A stretch of DNA of 63,969 nt, filler included, from Octopus bimaculoides (GCF_001194135.2; 9 parts of 9 records of this genome joined end to end with filler, not necessarily neighbours in it), one strand, 5' to 3'; positions 50,944-63,924 are shown, counted from the first letter of the whole stretch. Program-made: numbers and translations. The notes: generated by a model from the letters alone, not told the origin.

Positions 50944-51220
50944 CCCATTACCTACCAGTGATCTCATATGAGATCACTTAAAAATTACAAATTTCGTAAT
51001 TATCTGTCAATATTTACACATATCTAACCTTTTTGCTATATCTACTAGGTATATTTCTCTGATATTCAAATGAGGTTTGCTAATTTTTCACCCAATATCT
51101 CGCTTATTTCTATTTAAAATGTTATTTTGATCATTCCAGTGTGTTTCTAAGGCTATTTTATGCTAGAAATCAAAGTTTCATTAAAAAATTCCAGTTAATA
51201 GAATTATAGGAGGTAATGGG
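50944..51220. mobile_element. piggyBac-type MITE
   Basis: TTAA|cccattacct ... aggtaatggg|TTAA: 10-bp perfect TIR starting CCC, with a TTAA duplication. Confidence 0.85.
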
Positions 51221-52627
51221 TTAACTCTGAACATTTGTTTTATCCATTCAGCATGGCCACAGTTATTGGACTGAAACATATAACAGAATAACCACAACTC
51301 TATGACATCGTTTATTGCAAATGTGTAAAAAGGCTAAAAAAAAAAACCTTCGATCATGAATGACCATGAGATTGCACCTAGAAAGTCTCCCTCCGAGGCA
51401 CAAGTCCGGGCGAGGTTGCTTTTGTGGAATTTCACCAGTTGCACATGCATACCAATCTCCTCTCTCCACGCTACCGATGTTATCCAAAGGAAAAGCAAAG
51501 GCTGATACAATTTAGCATCAGTGATGTCGCAACTCATTTCTACACTTCCAGGTACAACATGTTGTATTCCACCGTATCTCCTGCTCCACTTCTGCAATCA
51601 AAACTTGTCATTGTTTTACCACTGTGTCAAAACAAAAGAAATATTATCACTATAATTTTATCATGTTGATCGGGATGATTGTGATGATTTTGAGGATTGT
51701 GGTGCTACTCATCATCGTCATCGATGCTATTATCACCACCATCACGATCATCATTAGCACTATTGTCCTCGTTTCATCACCATTATCATCACCACCATCC
51801 GCAACAACAACAGCAAACACAAACATTAATTCGTCCTCAACAAGTCATCATAGTTATCATCACTATCGTTAATTGAAATCATCACCTTCATTCTTATCAC
51901 CGTCTTATTTTTCATTCTCCTCTTCCTTATTCTCATCTTCATCAGCGGCAGCAGCATTACAATCATCATCATCATTATCATCGTCATCGTCCTCACCATA
52001 ATCTCACCATCGTTCTCATCAACGCCATCTCGATGTCGTCAAAATATCGTTAGTTATGGTCTTTTGTAAATATTTTTGTTGTTAGTGCTTTCTGTCATCT
52101 TTGATTAACTGCCTACGTCATCAAATGTGAAAATATCTCGTCGATAAAAGAGTTTACTAAATAACTAAATAAATAAACATAAAGCTTACACTCAAACATG
52201 GCTGCTTAGCAACACTGTTTAGTATCGTCTGCTAATGCTTAGATTCAGTTGTTGACTAGGAGAAAAATTGGCTTATCATTTCCATTAATTTTTTTTTAAC
52301 TATTTGCATTTATATTGTTTTATCTTTAAAGCTGGGTTTAAATCTCTCTCTAACCACGCTGATAACTAACAAGAAATAAACACTCAGCACCAAACTACAG
52401 ACTTCAAATCTGCCTGATTACGTTATACGCCGTTACGTCAATCTGCACAAAAATAGTAAAAATTCTGTTCGAAAAAATAAATAGCTTCTTTTCCAAACAA
52501 GCAGAATTGTTTTGGGAAAGTGTTATANNNNNNNNNNNNNNNNNNNNNNNNNNNNNNNNNNNNNNNNNNNNTTAATTAATTAANNNNNNNNNNNNNNNNN
52601 NNNNNNNNNNNNNNNNNNNNNNNNNNN

Positions 52628-52850
52628 AATAAAAAAATATTCAGACAAATACATAACAAAAAACCAGGACTTACAAATATATATAACATACAGAAAATTG
52701 CACTACTGGGTACTGCACACATTCTACGCAAAACACTTTCAATACAGTAAACATAAGAGCACCACAGCAAACCACAGCACATACCCAAGGCGCACAGAGC
52801 TGCACTCGGTAGTGAAGTGAAAGCACATTATAAAAATAAAACTACTGAAC
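52628..52850 (+). mobile_element. 3' end of an R4/Dong-like RLE LINE with (AAT)n tail
   Basis: ..PGLTNIYNIQKIALLGTAHILRKTLSIQ* (typical R4-clade C-terminus), ~100-nt 3' UTR, then (AAT)n. Confidence 0.75.
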
Positions 52851-52885
52851 AATAATAATAATAATAATTATAATAATAATAACAA

Positions 52886-53423
52886 TGCCCGGATGCAGTA
52901 CCAGGCAGTGGCTCTCATGGCTTCTGATTTTAATTGATTGGAAGTGTTATGATGTACATTGTTTGTCTTGGTATAAAAGATGGGCTACAGTAAATATTCT
53001 GCTCAATACCACAGATTTGCTTGTCAGTTGTTTGACCTTAACCGGTTGAGCCTGTCCCATGATGGCTGCGGATATGTGCATCTCTGATCATGAGCAGAAG
53101 TAGTGGTGGAGCATCATAGCCATGTGCTGAGAGGAATTCTTTGGGGTCTGAATAATTCACCTTTTGAAACAAGGGTGTTTTGCTCAACATCCTTAAACAA
53201 ACCTTATTCAGGGACCTGTTGAGCGGGATGGGCTACTCGACATGAAGAGCCATCTTGTAGGTCGTGTGCTGTTTATCTTGATATGAGATAACCATGTCGA
53301 GCACATATGGTTGTGATGCATGTGCCTGGTGTACCCTTATCAGACGGGTAGTCATGATGGGTATACTGGGCTTCGTATATTTTACTCCAGTTTTATTTGA
53401 TGGCATGGACTGCTCTCTCACAC
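52886..53423 (+). mobile_element. Unclassified ~540-bp non-coding retroposon-like element X with (AAT)n tail
   Basis: Homologous to 54130-54260 and 54261-54762. The two complete-ended copies share the same 3' end (gatggcat..actgctctct..) followed by (AAT)n; 5' ends differ. Confidence 0.75.
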
Positions 53424-53494
<71 letters not shown>

Positions 53495-53576
53495 GTCACA
53501 GGATAAAAAGAGAAGAAGAAGAAGAAGAAGAAGAANNNNNNNNNNAGAAGAAGAAGAAGAAGAATAAGAAGAAGAA

Positions 53577-53607
<31 letters not shown>

Positions 53608-53685
53608 AAGAAGAAGAAGAAGAAGAAGAAGAAGAAGAAGAAGAAGAAGAAGAAGAAAAAGAAGAAGAAGAAGAAGAAGAAGAAG

Positions 53686-54129
53686 CCTCCCCACCAGAAA
53701 TGATCAAACTATTGCTGCCCAGTACTGACAGAGAAGGAATATATTCACAGACACGCCAGAGTTGGGAACACTATACACTGGAAGCTATACCATCACTATG
53801 GAATAACAGTAGAAAAAATGGTATCGACACATCCCAGAAAATGACAGAAAAAGGAGAAAGCAACAATAGTCTAGGATAGGCCAATTAACACAGAGAAATT
53901 CAAACGGCCCGGATATAGTTGTCAAAGACCGCATAGAGAAGAAATGCTTTCTAATCAATCTATCAATACAAACAGAGGACTTCTAGGCACCACACATATC
54001 CTACGAAAATCACTTTCAATAGAGTGAAAATAAGAGCACCGAAACAGACTACATCACATGCGCAAGGCACACAGATCTGCGTCCGGTAGTGCAGTGAAAG
54101 CACGTGATTAAAATAAGACTATTGAATAA
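53686..54129 (+). mobile_element. Second R4/Dong-like copy, 5'-truncated with an internal deletion
   Basis: CPVLTEKEYIHRHARVGNTIHWKL..WYRHIPE..ATIV*D..PDIVVKDRIEKKCFLI, then jumps to LLGTTHILRKSLSIE*. 3' UTR matches 52750-52850. Confidence 0.8.
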
Positions 54130-54762
54130 GCAAATATTCTGCTCAATACCGCAGATTTGTTTGTCAGTTGTTTTACCTTAACCAGTTGAACATGATCCTT
54201 AGTGGCTGACGATATGTGCGTCTCTTATCACAAGCAGAAGTAGTGGGTGGTGGAGCATCATGAAAGTGTTATCATGAACATTGTTTTGTTTTGGTATAAA
54301 AGATGGGCTAGAGAATATATTCTGCATAATACCGCAGATTTGCTTGTCAGTTGTTTGACCGTAACCAGTAGAGCATGATACTTAGTGGCTGACGATATGT
54401 GCATCTCTGATCATGAGCAGAAGTAGTGGGGGAGCATCATAGCCATGCGTTGAGAGGAATTCTTTGGGGTTTGAATAATTCACCTCTGGAAATATGGATG
54501 TTTCCTTCAACATCCTTAAACAACCCTTATTTAAGGACCATTTGATTGGGATGGGCTACTCGACCTGAAGAAAATTCTAACTGGGCCCCACCTGCGATGT
54601 CATGCGCTGTTTATCTTCATATGAGATCAACATATTGCCCACTCATGGTTGTGATGCATGCGGCTCGTGTACCCTTATCAGACGGGTAGTCATGATAGGT
54701 ATACTGGGCTTCGTATATTTTACCCCAGTGTCACTTTGATGGCATACACTACTCTCTTAATC
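54130..54762 (+). mobile_element. Partial plus near-complete copies of element X
   Basis: gcaaatattctgctcaatacc.. is repeated at 54130 and ~54310. The 3' end is followed by (AAT)n at 54763-54849. Confidence 0.75.
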
Positions 54763-54766
54763 AATG

Positions 54767-54849
<83 letters not shown>

Positions 54850-54850
<1 letters not shown>

Positions 54851-55336
54851 TGTAGCGCTCAAGGAAAACGCTTTTAGAACAAACCACTCGAATATCACAT
54901 TGAAATAAGCACTGACTCTCCTCAGTGTATGATGTACTCTGAGAAGGCAGAATGTGTAAGCCATAATGTGAGAGAGTGCTGTTAGTTTGTACAACATGAA
55001 TATAAAATGAGTCACAGCAATGCGGCTAGATATGTCCGCTGGATGTTGTGCGGTTAAGTAGACGTGGAGAAATACGAATAATGGTATGAACACAAATCAG
55101 AGGGAGTAATGGAAACGAGCATTTGAAAATAGTCTGGGATTTTAACATGCAGTGCGACGAAAATATAGACGCGAGGCGACCAGATATCTTACTTATCCAT
55201 AACGATGAAAAGGAAGTTAAGATAAAAGATATTGCAATAGCAGACGATTCGAGGGTGAAATGTAAGGAAACGGAAAATATTGAGAAATCCCAGTTACTGC
55301 GGTTATGGTGCATGAGGAAACTTATGGTGATACCAG
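54850..55336 (+). mobile_element. R4/Dong-like LINE zinc-knuckle and restriction-like endonuclease fragment (distinct subfamily)
   Basis: QCMMYSEKAECVSHNVREC..HEYKMSHSNAARYVRWMLC..WYEH..KIVWDF..RRPDILL..KDIAIADDSRVKCKETENIEK (PD-(D/E)xK RLE). The 5' break abuts (AAT)n. Confidence 0.8.
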
Positions 55337-55440
55337 NNNNNNNNNNNNNNNNNNNNNNNNNNNNNNNNNNNNNNNNNNNNTTAATTAATTAANNNNNNNN
55401 NNNNNNNNNNNNNNNNNNNNNNNNNNNNNNNNNNNNGAAG

Positions 55441-55483
<43 letters not shown>

Positions 55484-55951
55484 GATATTATGTAAGTATA
55501 TATGTAGGTATCTGTGTATGAATGCAATTATATATGTTAATGAATGCGCATAATTATGTATAATGTATGTATTTCTGCATGTATGTTGGCATCTATACAT
55601 ATGTATGCATGTATGTAGGATATGTATTGCAAAGGCACAAGCGAAGAATGTTAATTTTTATTGAAATATTCCAATATGTCTTCATATTCATGAATTATTG
55701 GCTTTCATGGACACAGCACATCTCCAACATTGCGGCACAGCCGTCCTATTCACCGCTAAGATGAAGATGTGCTAGAGTCAGTTTTATTCTTATTTCTTTT
55801 CCTCATCTTTTACTTTTCTTCCTTTTCCGATACTTTGGCAAGGCATCGCATTTCTTTCATCACACTTTTTGTTTTTATGTATTCTGTTTTATATGTTCTA
55901 TCTACAAATGTGTATTTACAAGTTTGTTTCTGTATGTGTGTGTGTTGATAG

Positions 55952-55993
<42 letters not shown>

Positions 55994-56003
55994 NNNNNNN
56001 NNN

Positions 56004-56047
<44 letters not shown>

Positions 56048-56266
56048 TTGCACGCACGTAAGCGGTCACACACGAGCTCACTCCTGAGCACAGGTGCATA
56101 ATATGGTGCAGAAAATAACACTCGAAGAATACGAACGGTGCAATAAGATAAGGGTGATGATTAGTTAGAAAAACTCTGAGAAAGAGTTTCTGAAATTTTT
56201 TCGCCTTTAATATGTGTATGTATGTATGTATGTATCTATGCATGAATGTGTGTATGTGTGTATAAG

Positions 56267-56729
56267 ATTAATATAAACAGCAGGTTGTATTGTTTCACTA
56301 AAGAGGAGAATTATAACTGTCACTAAATGTAACTAGGGTGTAAGAAACATCTACATTGCTTGAAATAAAAGCTAAAATGCTCTAATGCTGTAGTTAACGC
56401 ACATGTAGGAAAACGTATACACGAACATGGACCAGAATCGTCCGAAGAGTACCGATCGAGAATTCTTAATACTGACATTAATTTCGGCAATTTCCATTGC
56501 CTCATCAGTCCACTCGATCTAGTCTCCTTTCGGCCTTGCTTCTCTATTAGTATATATGTTTTCGTCATCTAAATTAATGGTTGATTTAGCGATTCGCTAG
56601 TGTATATACATAAAATTAATATAAACAGCAGGTTGCAATGTTTCACCAAAAAGGAGAATTATAATCATCACTAAATGTCAATAAGGTGTTAAGAAACTCC
56701 TACATTGCTAGAAATAAGGGATAAATTGC

Positions 56730-56735
<6 letters not shown>
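56267..56735. repeat. ~120-bp direct repeats (56267-56386, 56615-56735) enclosing a hammerhead-like core
   Basis: attaatataaacagcaggttg..gaggagaattataa..cactaaatgt..ctacattgct..tgctctaat occurs twice, roughly 80% identical by eye. Confidence 0.85.
56454..56519 (-). ncRNA. Hammerhead-ribozyme-like motif, probably degenerate
   Basis: Minus strand: CUGAUGA-G-GCAAU-GGAA-AUUGC-C-GAAA (perfect core, 6-bp stem II, GNRA loop), with distal GAUCGAG/CUCGAUC pairing. I could not build a canonical stem III, cleavage site and proximal stem I together. Confidence 0.5.
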
Positions 56736-56771
<36 letters not shown>

Positions 56772-56804
56772 TATGTATGTATGTATGTATGTATGTATGT
56801 ATGC

Positions 56805-56908
<104 letters not shown>

Positions 56909-56910
56909 AT

Positions 56911-57190
56911 TAAAGTCTATTTGCCAGTGCAACATGACAGTACGTAAGACGATGTTACTACTTTTCAACCCCAGGAAACCGCTGGCTAGAGAAAGCAGCC
57001 ACTCGCTGTCGCTCACAGTATATACTTTTTAAGCGACTCACAGTCGTTGATCTCGTAAAGAGAAAAAACAACTAGTTTTAAATCTCTGAGCGAGAAATAT
57101 GTAGTAACAGTACCGTACAGTAAAGTCTATTTGCCAACGCAACGTGGCAGTCCTACGTAGGACGATGTCACTACATTTTAGCCACAGGAA
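56911..57190 (+). repeat. Local duplication of a ~65-bp segment (56911-56975, 57121-57190)
   Basis: taaagtctatttgcca..gcaac.tg.cagt..tacgta.gacgatgt.acta occurs twice. Confidence 0.75.
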
Positions 57191-58083
57191 AACATCTTTT
57201 CCAACTGGCTGCCGACACATGATCTGCGTCCGTATACTGTCAGCAAGGGAGTCTACTGCTCCCCTTCTAAACGTAGGGATACCTGTATACCAATAGTTTC
57301 TGGGTATTTTCCTTTCTTTAACCCACCATGGCCATATGGTGTAGTATGTAGTATGTATTAGTGTTGTGTGATGCGATTCTGTGTGGTTTGGTGCAGAGTG
57401 GCATATTATGATATCATGTATGGTGTGATGTAGTATTGTATGATTTAATGTAGTACGGCAGTGTAACCTGCTGTGCTGCAATGTGCTGCGGTGGGATGCT
57501 CTGTGACGTGCTGTAGTTTGTGCTGTGATGGTATGGGGAACGCTGTGATGAATTGGTAGCATGGTAGGCGTTAAGACAGTACTGTGTTCAGAAACAGTTT
57601 TCAAAAATTGGAGGTCAGGCGGGAACGGGTGTGATTCGTTGATTGGTTTGGGAGGAAGGGAGGGCAGATTATTGATGGTAAGAGACAGTAGAATGAAGAA
57701 AATATCGACGATTCAATCAAAATATAAACGTGTAAACAACATGTACATAAAGACATACGCATGTATGTCGCACACGAACCCACACACACACTCTCATACA
57801 CACACACACACACATATATACACGCATACTGCATATTTAATTTTTTATAGTTTCGTTAACTTTACATTATATCTTTATAATTTAATTTCTATTTAAAAAA
57901 AAAAATAAAAAGTTGAGTATGAGCCAAATTCTTCGTTTAAATCCACTGTGGTGTGCATGTCAATACTTGGTAGAAGAGAAGAGAGTGTGGTGGTGGTGTG
58001 TGTAATAAGGCCAAAGTCTAATTACTGAAACAAGTAAAAGATAAAAGGTAAAGTGCGCTTGTAAAGCACATGAGAGAAAGAAA

Positions 58084-58160
<77 letters not shown>

Positions 58161-58649
58161 GTCAAATGTGGATTGGTAATTGCTTTTGTGTAACTGTGTG
58201 TTTCTAACTTGCTTACTAAAAGAATGAGGAACATTGTAAGGTGAGAGTATGAAATTATGAAGCGGTTAAGCGAGGGAATTGAGAAAGATAAATATACAAG
58301 AAGAAGAAGAAGAAGAAGAAGAAGAAGAAGAAGAAGAAGAAGAAGAAGAAGAAGAAGGAAGGAAGGAAGGAAGGAAATAGGAAAAAAAACAATCAGTATA
58401 AGAGAAAAGAGAAAGTGGGATTAAAGGAATGTTACTTTATTATTTCAGCATCAAGTTGTGGAACAAAATGAAGAGGTACAAGCTCAATGTTTTATCAAGA
58501 TGACTATGGTTATTGACCTACCACTTATATAATGACTGATCAGTTCTCGTTTTTCTTTATTATCCACGGGAGTAAAATAGGAATGAAAGGGATCCGTAGG
58601 TGAAAAATAGTTGAGAATCACTCGTCTAGAACAATGCTGTTTTATAAGT

Positions 58650-58922
58650 GAACAAGAAATAAAGAACGTTTAATACTATGGAATAAACTAATCAAAGAAA
58701 GGCCAAGACATATGAATCAGCTCAGCTTGCAAGATGTATTCAGAAAGAAATAGTTAAAAGTATGGAATAGAGAAGTAGCTTCAATATTTGCTCACCCAGA
58801 TGTGCTGCTACCACAATTGTCTGTTCTTGGTGCCTTGGCCACCCACCAAAAGGAAGAAAACATGAATTCTGAGACCCCTTTACCTCAGCAAGACACTAAT
58901 TCTGACAGGCCTTCACCTCAAG
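58650..58922 (+). pseudogene. Possible decayed MADF/Myb-SANT-like coding remnant ending at a strong splice donor
   Basis: One frame gives ERLILWNKLIKERPRHMNQLSLQDVFRKK*LKVWNREVASIFAHPDVLLPQ..SDRPSPQ|GTATGT. 58800-58922 alone is a clean 123-nt phase 1-1 exon (cacccAG ... CAAG|GT). Confidence 0.35.
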
Positions 58923-59322
58923 GTATGTAAATGCGTTTAGTTGCAAATGACAGTGTTTCTGTTTAGAAGTACTGAAATGGTTTGTTTTAATCATAAAAAT
59001 TCATTTGGTTTTCATTTAATTTTCTTTTACCTCTTTATTAACCAACTTGAACACATTTACGGGAAATATTTTAAAGGTTAGGTGAGATGGTCATCTGCTT
59101 AGTTCAGAGTAATTTAACCACTCAGTTATTCGGAAGAAAGGCAAAGTTGGCTTAAACAGATTTTGATCTGGCTTTGACTACTTTTTTTCTGACACGCTTA
59201 AACTTTCTTCACGGACTTCCAGCACACTCGGTTTCATTTATGCAAAGGTGAACCCTTTCAGAAACAGCACAGCTCACAACTCAGCACATACTTTCCACTC
59301 TGCATTGTTTTGTTACTTTTTG

Positions 59323-59354
<32 letters not shown>

Positions 59355-59543
59355 CCTCTCTCCCCTTGTCCCTCTCTCAGACTCTCTCCCCCTCTCTCAC
59401 TCACTCTATCTCTGTCTCACTTTGTCTCTGTCTCTCTCTGTCACTCTCTGTCTGTTTCTCTCCCTCTTTAGACAAAATTGCTTTCGCAATTTTATATTCG
59501 GCAACTGCTTGGTTCAATTTCTGTAGACATGCCTAATTTTTCA

Positions 59544-59692
59544 GGGCAATGAATTGGCAGAATCTTTTCAGACAAAATGCATTATGGCATTTGCTTCGGT
59601 TCTATATGATCTGAGCTTAAATCTCACCGAACTCAATTTTGCCTATTACCTTTACAACGTCGATAAAATTCAGTATTAGATACTGAAGTCAA
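59544..59692 (+). mobile_element. Old, degenerate SINE family 1 copy
   Basis: gaattggcagaatc..ctgagcttaaatctcaccga..ttttgcct..gtcgataaaattcagta. Confidence 0.55.
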
Positions 59693-60686
59693 ATGTTCCC
59701 ACATTATTAGTCGAATTATATTTGTCAAGTTACATTAATTATCATCATATTTAATATAGTGAGGAGAAATAGATGCAATTGGTGAGTGAGAAGATAAAAA
59801 ATATAAGCACATTCACTCATATTGATTTACACAGATCCCAATGATCAGATCACATCCCAGCGAGTACAATTTAACGAACTTAAATTACGACCAATTGTAA
59901 CGAGCCCAACCTGAGAAACACGCAAACATAGCAACTTCGTAGATATATGACTGAAACTCATTCTGGTGATCAACTTTCGATAAAAAAAAAAAGCACCTTA
60001 AGGTGCAACAAATACATATAACCTCAAAAGGCTTAAAATTCGCTCCACCACCACAATACCCTAACGGCAATGAAATGAAGGACGATACCTCTCACTTAGT
60101 AGAAAATTACTTGTCTAACACAAGAATTATCTGATAAGGAAAACAACACTGAATCAATTGTACGAAATGAAATCAGTTACAACTTAACAAAAGGCAGGAG
60201 CAAAACAGTCAATAAATTCTGTGATTTTTATATCCGACTTCCCATATTATGAAATACTACGACCGAAATCCAACCCAAATACCGGTCGAAAGAAATGACA
60301 AGTTATTCATGAACACAATAACAATAATGACATTATAATTAAAGCAGGTAAAAAGAATGCTGTGGCAATTATATATGTTGAATATTACAGATCCGCTACC
60401 GTATCCTTACTACAAGACATCACTACCAACAAGTGACAATCGACAAGAAAATTTAGCACTTTTATTCATCTCTTCTATCGGCTCGTTGTATTTTTTTATC
60501 AATTAACATTGTTAGGTATTGTCTATTAAATAGTATTTGTCTTAGTTCTTGGAATCCTTTATTTCGAGTTTCAAAATTCAAAATGATAGAGCACATTCTT
60601 CGTGCTTGATTAAACTGTATTTGTTTTGGTTAGTTTTGGGTGGTATGAAGTAAAGATTAAGTATTACTTAAAGTTTATTGGTTTGT

Positions 60687-61660
60687 TGTGAAACTGCGAA
60701 CACTGATACAGAAGCTGCTACTATTTATCCTAAGTAATTGAAGAAAATGATTGTTGAAGAGTACGTATACGGTGTTGATGAGACTGCAATTTTCTGGAAC
60801 TGCATGCCTGCTATAACTTTATTTTTCGAGAAGAAAAATCAACACCAGGACTTAAAGCTTCGAAAAGTCGTCCGACTTTTGGGAAGAAATGTCACTGATG
60901 ATATGAAATTAAGCCCCTACACATGTATCAACTTTGAAAATTCAAGGGCCTTCAAAGGTTACACAAAGTTTAATCTACCCCTGATTTGGCGTTCAAATGA
61001 GAAGGCATGAATGACTAAGATCCTTTTCAAAGAACGGTTTACAAACGTCTTTTGTCTTACCGTAGCAAGGTATAGTGCCAGGCACAATATTTCCAAGAAA
61101 GCATTGCTTCTTTTAGATAATGCACGAAGAAACTTGGCTGCTCTTTTTGATGATATGAGAGAATATATCCCCAAGAAACCAACTTCTTTACTTCAACCAA
61201 AGGATCAAAGCGTGATAGGTAACTTCAAGGCATACCATATGAGAACTTTCAAACAACCTATAAAACCTATTCACAAGGAGGATAAACGTACAATTAGAGA
61301 TTTCTGGAAGAAATTCAACACAATAAGTGTTATGAATAATATAGCATGGGGTGAAGTGAAACCTTCAATACTGAATAATTCTTGGAAAAGTATTTGACCT
61401 GACTGTATCCGTGACATTACAAGTTTTCTTCAGACCAAAAGTCTACATCAAATTCCGAAAGGTATTGTAACACTTGCAAAGGATGTAGGATTTCAAGAAG
61501 TGATAGAGGATAATGTGAGTTGCTCGTGTACCAGAGAGAAGGTTTATCTAACGAGGATCTGATGCTGTTAGAAAAAGAACAAGCTGAGAATACAGATGAA
61601 ACAATGAAAGTTCCACCTACATCACTTAAATTGGAAACAAGATTATTGCCCTCAAGCTGA
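60687..61660 (+). pseudogene. Tigger/pogo-type (CENP-B-like DDE_1) transposase remnant
   Basis: CETANTDTEAAT..YGVDETAIFW..LPLIWRSNEKA*MT..KKALLLLDNA..PTSLLQPKDQSVIGNFKAYH..IRDFWK..LSNEDLMLLE. Several stops and frameshifts. Confidence 0.9.
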
Positions 61661-62391
61661 TGTTGGTGATAATGAACTATAAGTGCTTCTTTTTTATTTT
61701 CGAAAAAGTCCGTAGGGACGCAATATTACTTTGATAACATGAAAATCAATAGGAAAATTAATTTCTCATTCCAAAATTTCACATTACGGCAAGATTTTCA
61801 GGAACGCATTACTTCTGTAAAGCAATTTACAGAATTTACAGGGATTCCTGTTCCTTCATTTTGGAAGGGTTCACCATTTTATGAAAGTGGATTATTTCCC
61901 TCAAGTACATAGTTCTCAATAGAGAGATAAAGACTAACCAGATATTTTCTGATGGTTAAAACAAAACAAAATGTCACTTTATTTGAACTTCTGTAGCTAG
62001 ATATTTAAGGAATTTTCTTCAAAGTTCCATACAAGTCCCAATTAATTATTGGGATCGATTCAATGAACCACTTTTTGCAGAAATTGGGAACTTTGATCGA
62101 TTTAAGAAATCATTTTAAAGAACTACTGTATACAATATTCGAACTTAGTATCTCAACCTACACTCGCTAACATCCCAACAAACATTCCTATATAACTGAA
62201 ATATTTTCTTAAGTGGAAACATCTCTACAGACTCGTTTGTTGGAAAGTTTTATTAAATTTGGCATTCGGTTCTCACAAGTTTTACGGCCTTTATAATCGA
62301 ACTTCGATCAGAGATTAGGGGTGAGATAAGCAAGCTCATTCGTTTAATTCTGACACAACTGTTATGGGTAATGTATTCCCTATCCCAACCC

Positions 62392-62509
62392 TCAAGCCAC
62401 TGGCGCGTTGATGGTGTTGTAAACTGTGAACAATTTGCTCCCATCATCCGCGTCCGCGCCGATCGTGGCCAGTTGCAGATCTAAACTGGCAATGTTACTC
62501 CATTTTCCT
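62392..62509 (-). CDS. Candidate 3'-terminal coding exon of a minus-strand host gene continuing beyond the window
   Basis: ttatattccacAG|A-GKWSNIASLDLQLATIGADADDGSKLFTVYNTINAPVA-TGA. GC-richer and non-repetitive. AATAAA at 62254-62249 lies ~140 nt downstream. Protein not recognised. Confidence 0.45.
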
Positions 62510-62559
62510 CTGTGGAATATAACCTACCCCAGAAGAATACAACACAGAAGATACTAATA

Positions 62560-63924
62560 AACAACACACCGATATATGTGTAAAACAATACACACAGATA
62601 TATACAACATACTCACGCATACATACACTCACACATGCACTACTATATATATAAACATATATAGATATGAATATGTATACATGGATATAATCATATATAA
62701 AACATATGTATATAATCATATTTATAAGTATATACACTCACACACACACATTCACATATATTAATACATAGGCATACACACACATTTATACGCATACAGC
62801 CATAACTCTACATACTTATATACATATTTCTAACCAGTAGTCAATGGACACGTAAAGCAGTATACATGCTGCAATACACACATACATTTACCAGCACACA
62901 TATCCTTACATACATGTACATACACACACGCACACACACACACATAGACACATGCACATACATACATACACACACACATACATACATACATACATGCATA
63001 CATACACACACACATACATACACACATACATACATACAAACATACATACATACATACACACACATATACATACATAATACATACATACATACACACATAC
63101 ATACATACATACATACATACATGCATACATACACACACACATACATACACACACACATACATACATACATACACACATACATACATACACATACCCCGAC
63201 ATGTAGATATACAAGAGTAGAAGCACATGGTAAAATGTTTGTTATATTATTTCACTTTTTATTGTAACAGGAACATCAACAAAAGCAACAAACATAATAA
63301 AACAATAATAGCTACAATAACAACAACAAAAGCAACAAAATATCTAAAACAACAACAGTAGCAATAACAACAAAATAAACATGGCGAAATAACAACACTA
63401 AAAAACAATAACACTAACAACAAAAATATCCAAAACAAACTTAAAAATAAGAGGACAGACAACAATATGAAGTAGCAGCAAAAATAATAAAACAATATAA
63501 CAGTAACAAAACTAACGAAAAAATAACAGCAGCCATAAGAACAACAAGAACAATACGAAAAAAAAAAAATGAAATGAAATGAATGCAGGCCATGTTTTAG
63601 GGTAAAAGCCCCTTAAAACTGAGTTAATGAAGCAGAAGAGAGGTGGATGTGGATTCCCAACAGTAATAGTGGCAAAAATGATATTTATTGGGATGTATTT
63701 GTGTGGGTAATGAAGTGTTGTGAATGTGTGTGTGTGTAAGTGTGTGTGTGTAAATGTGTGTGTGTGTAAGTTGTTTGTGTGTCTGTGGTTGCTTCGCTTT
63801 ACCTTTATGTTTGGTTATCTTTCCCATTCTCTCTCTCTTTTTATCTATATGTGTGCATGTATGTATATATACATATATATACATACATATATGTGTGTGT
63901 ATGTATGTATATATACATAAATAC

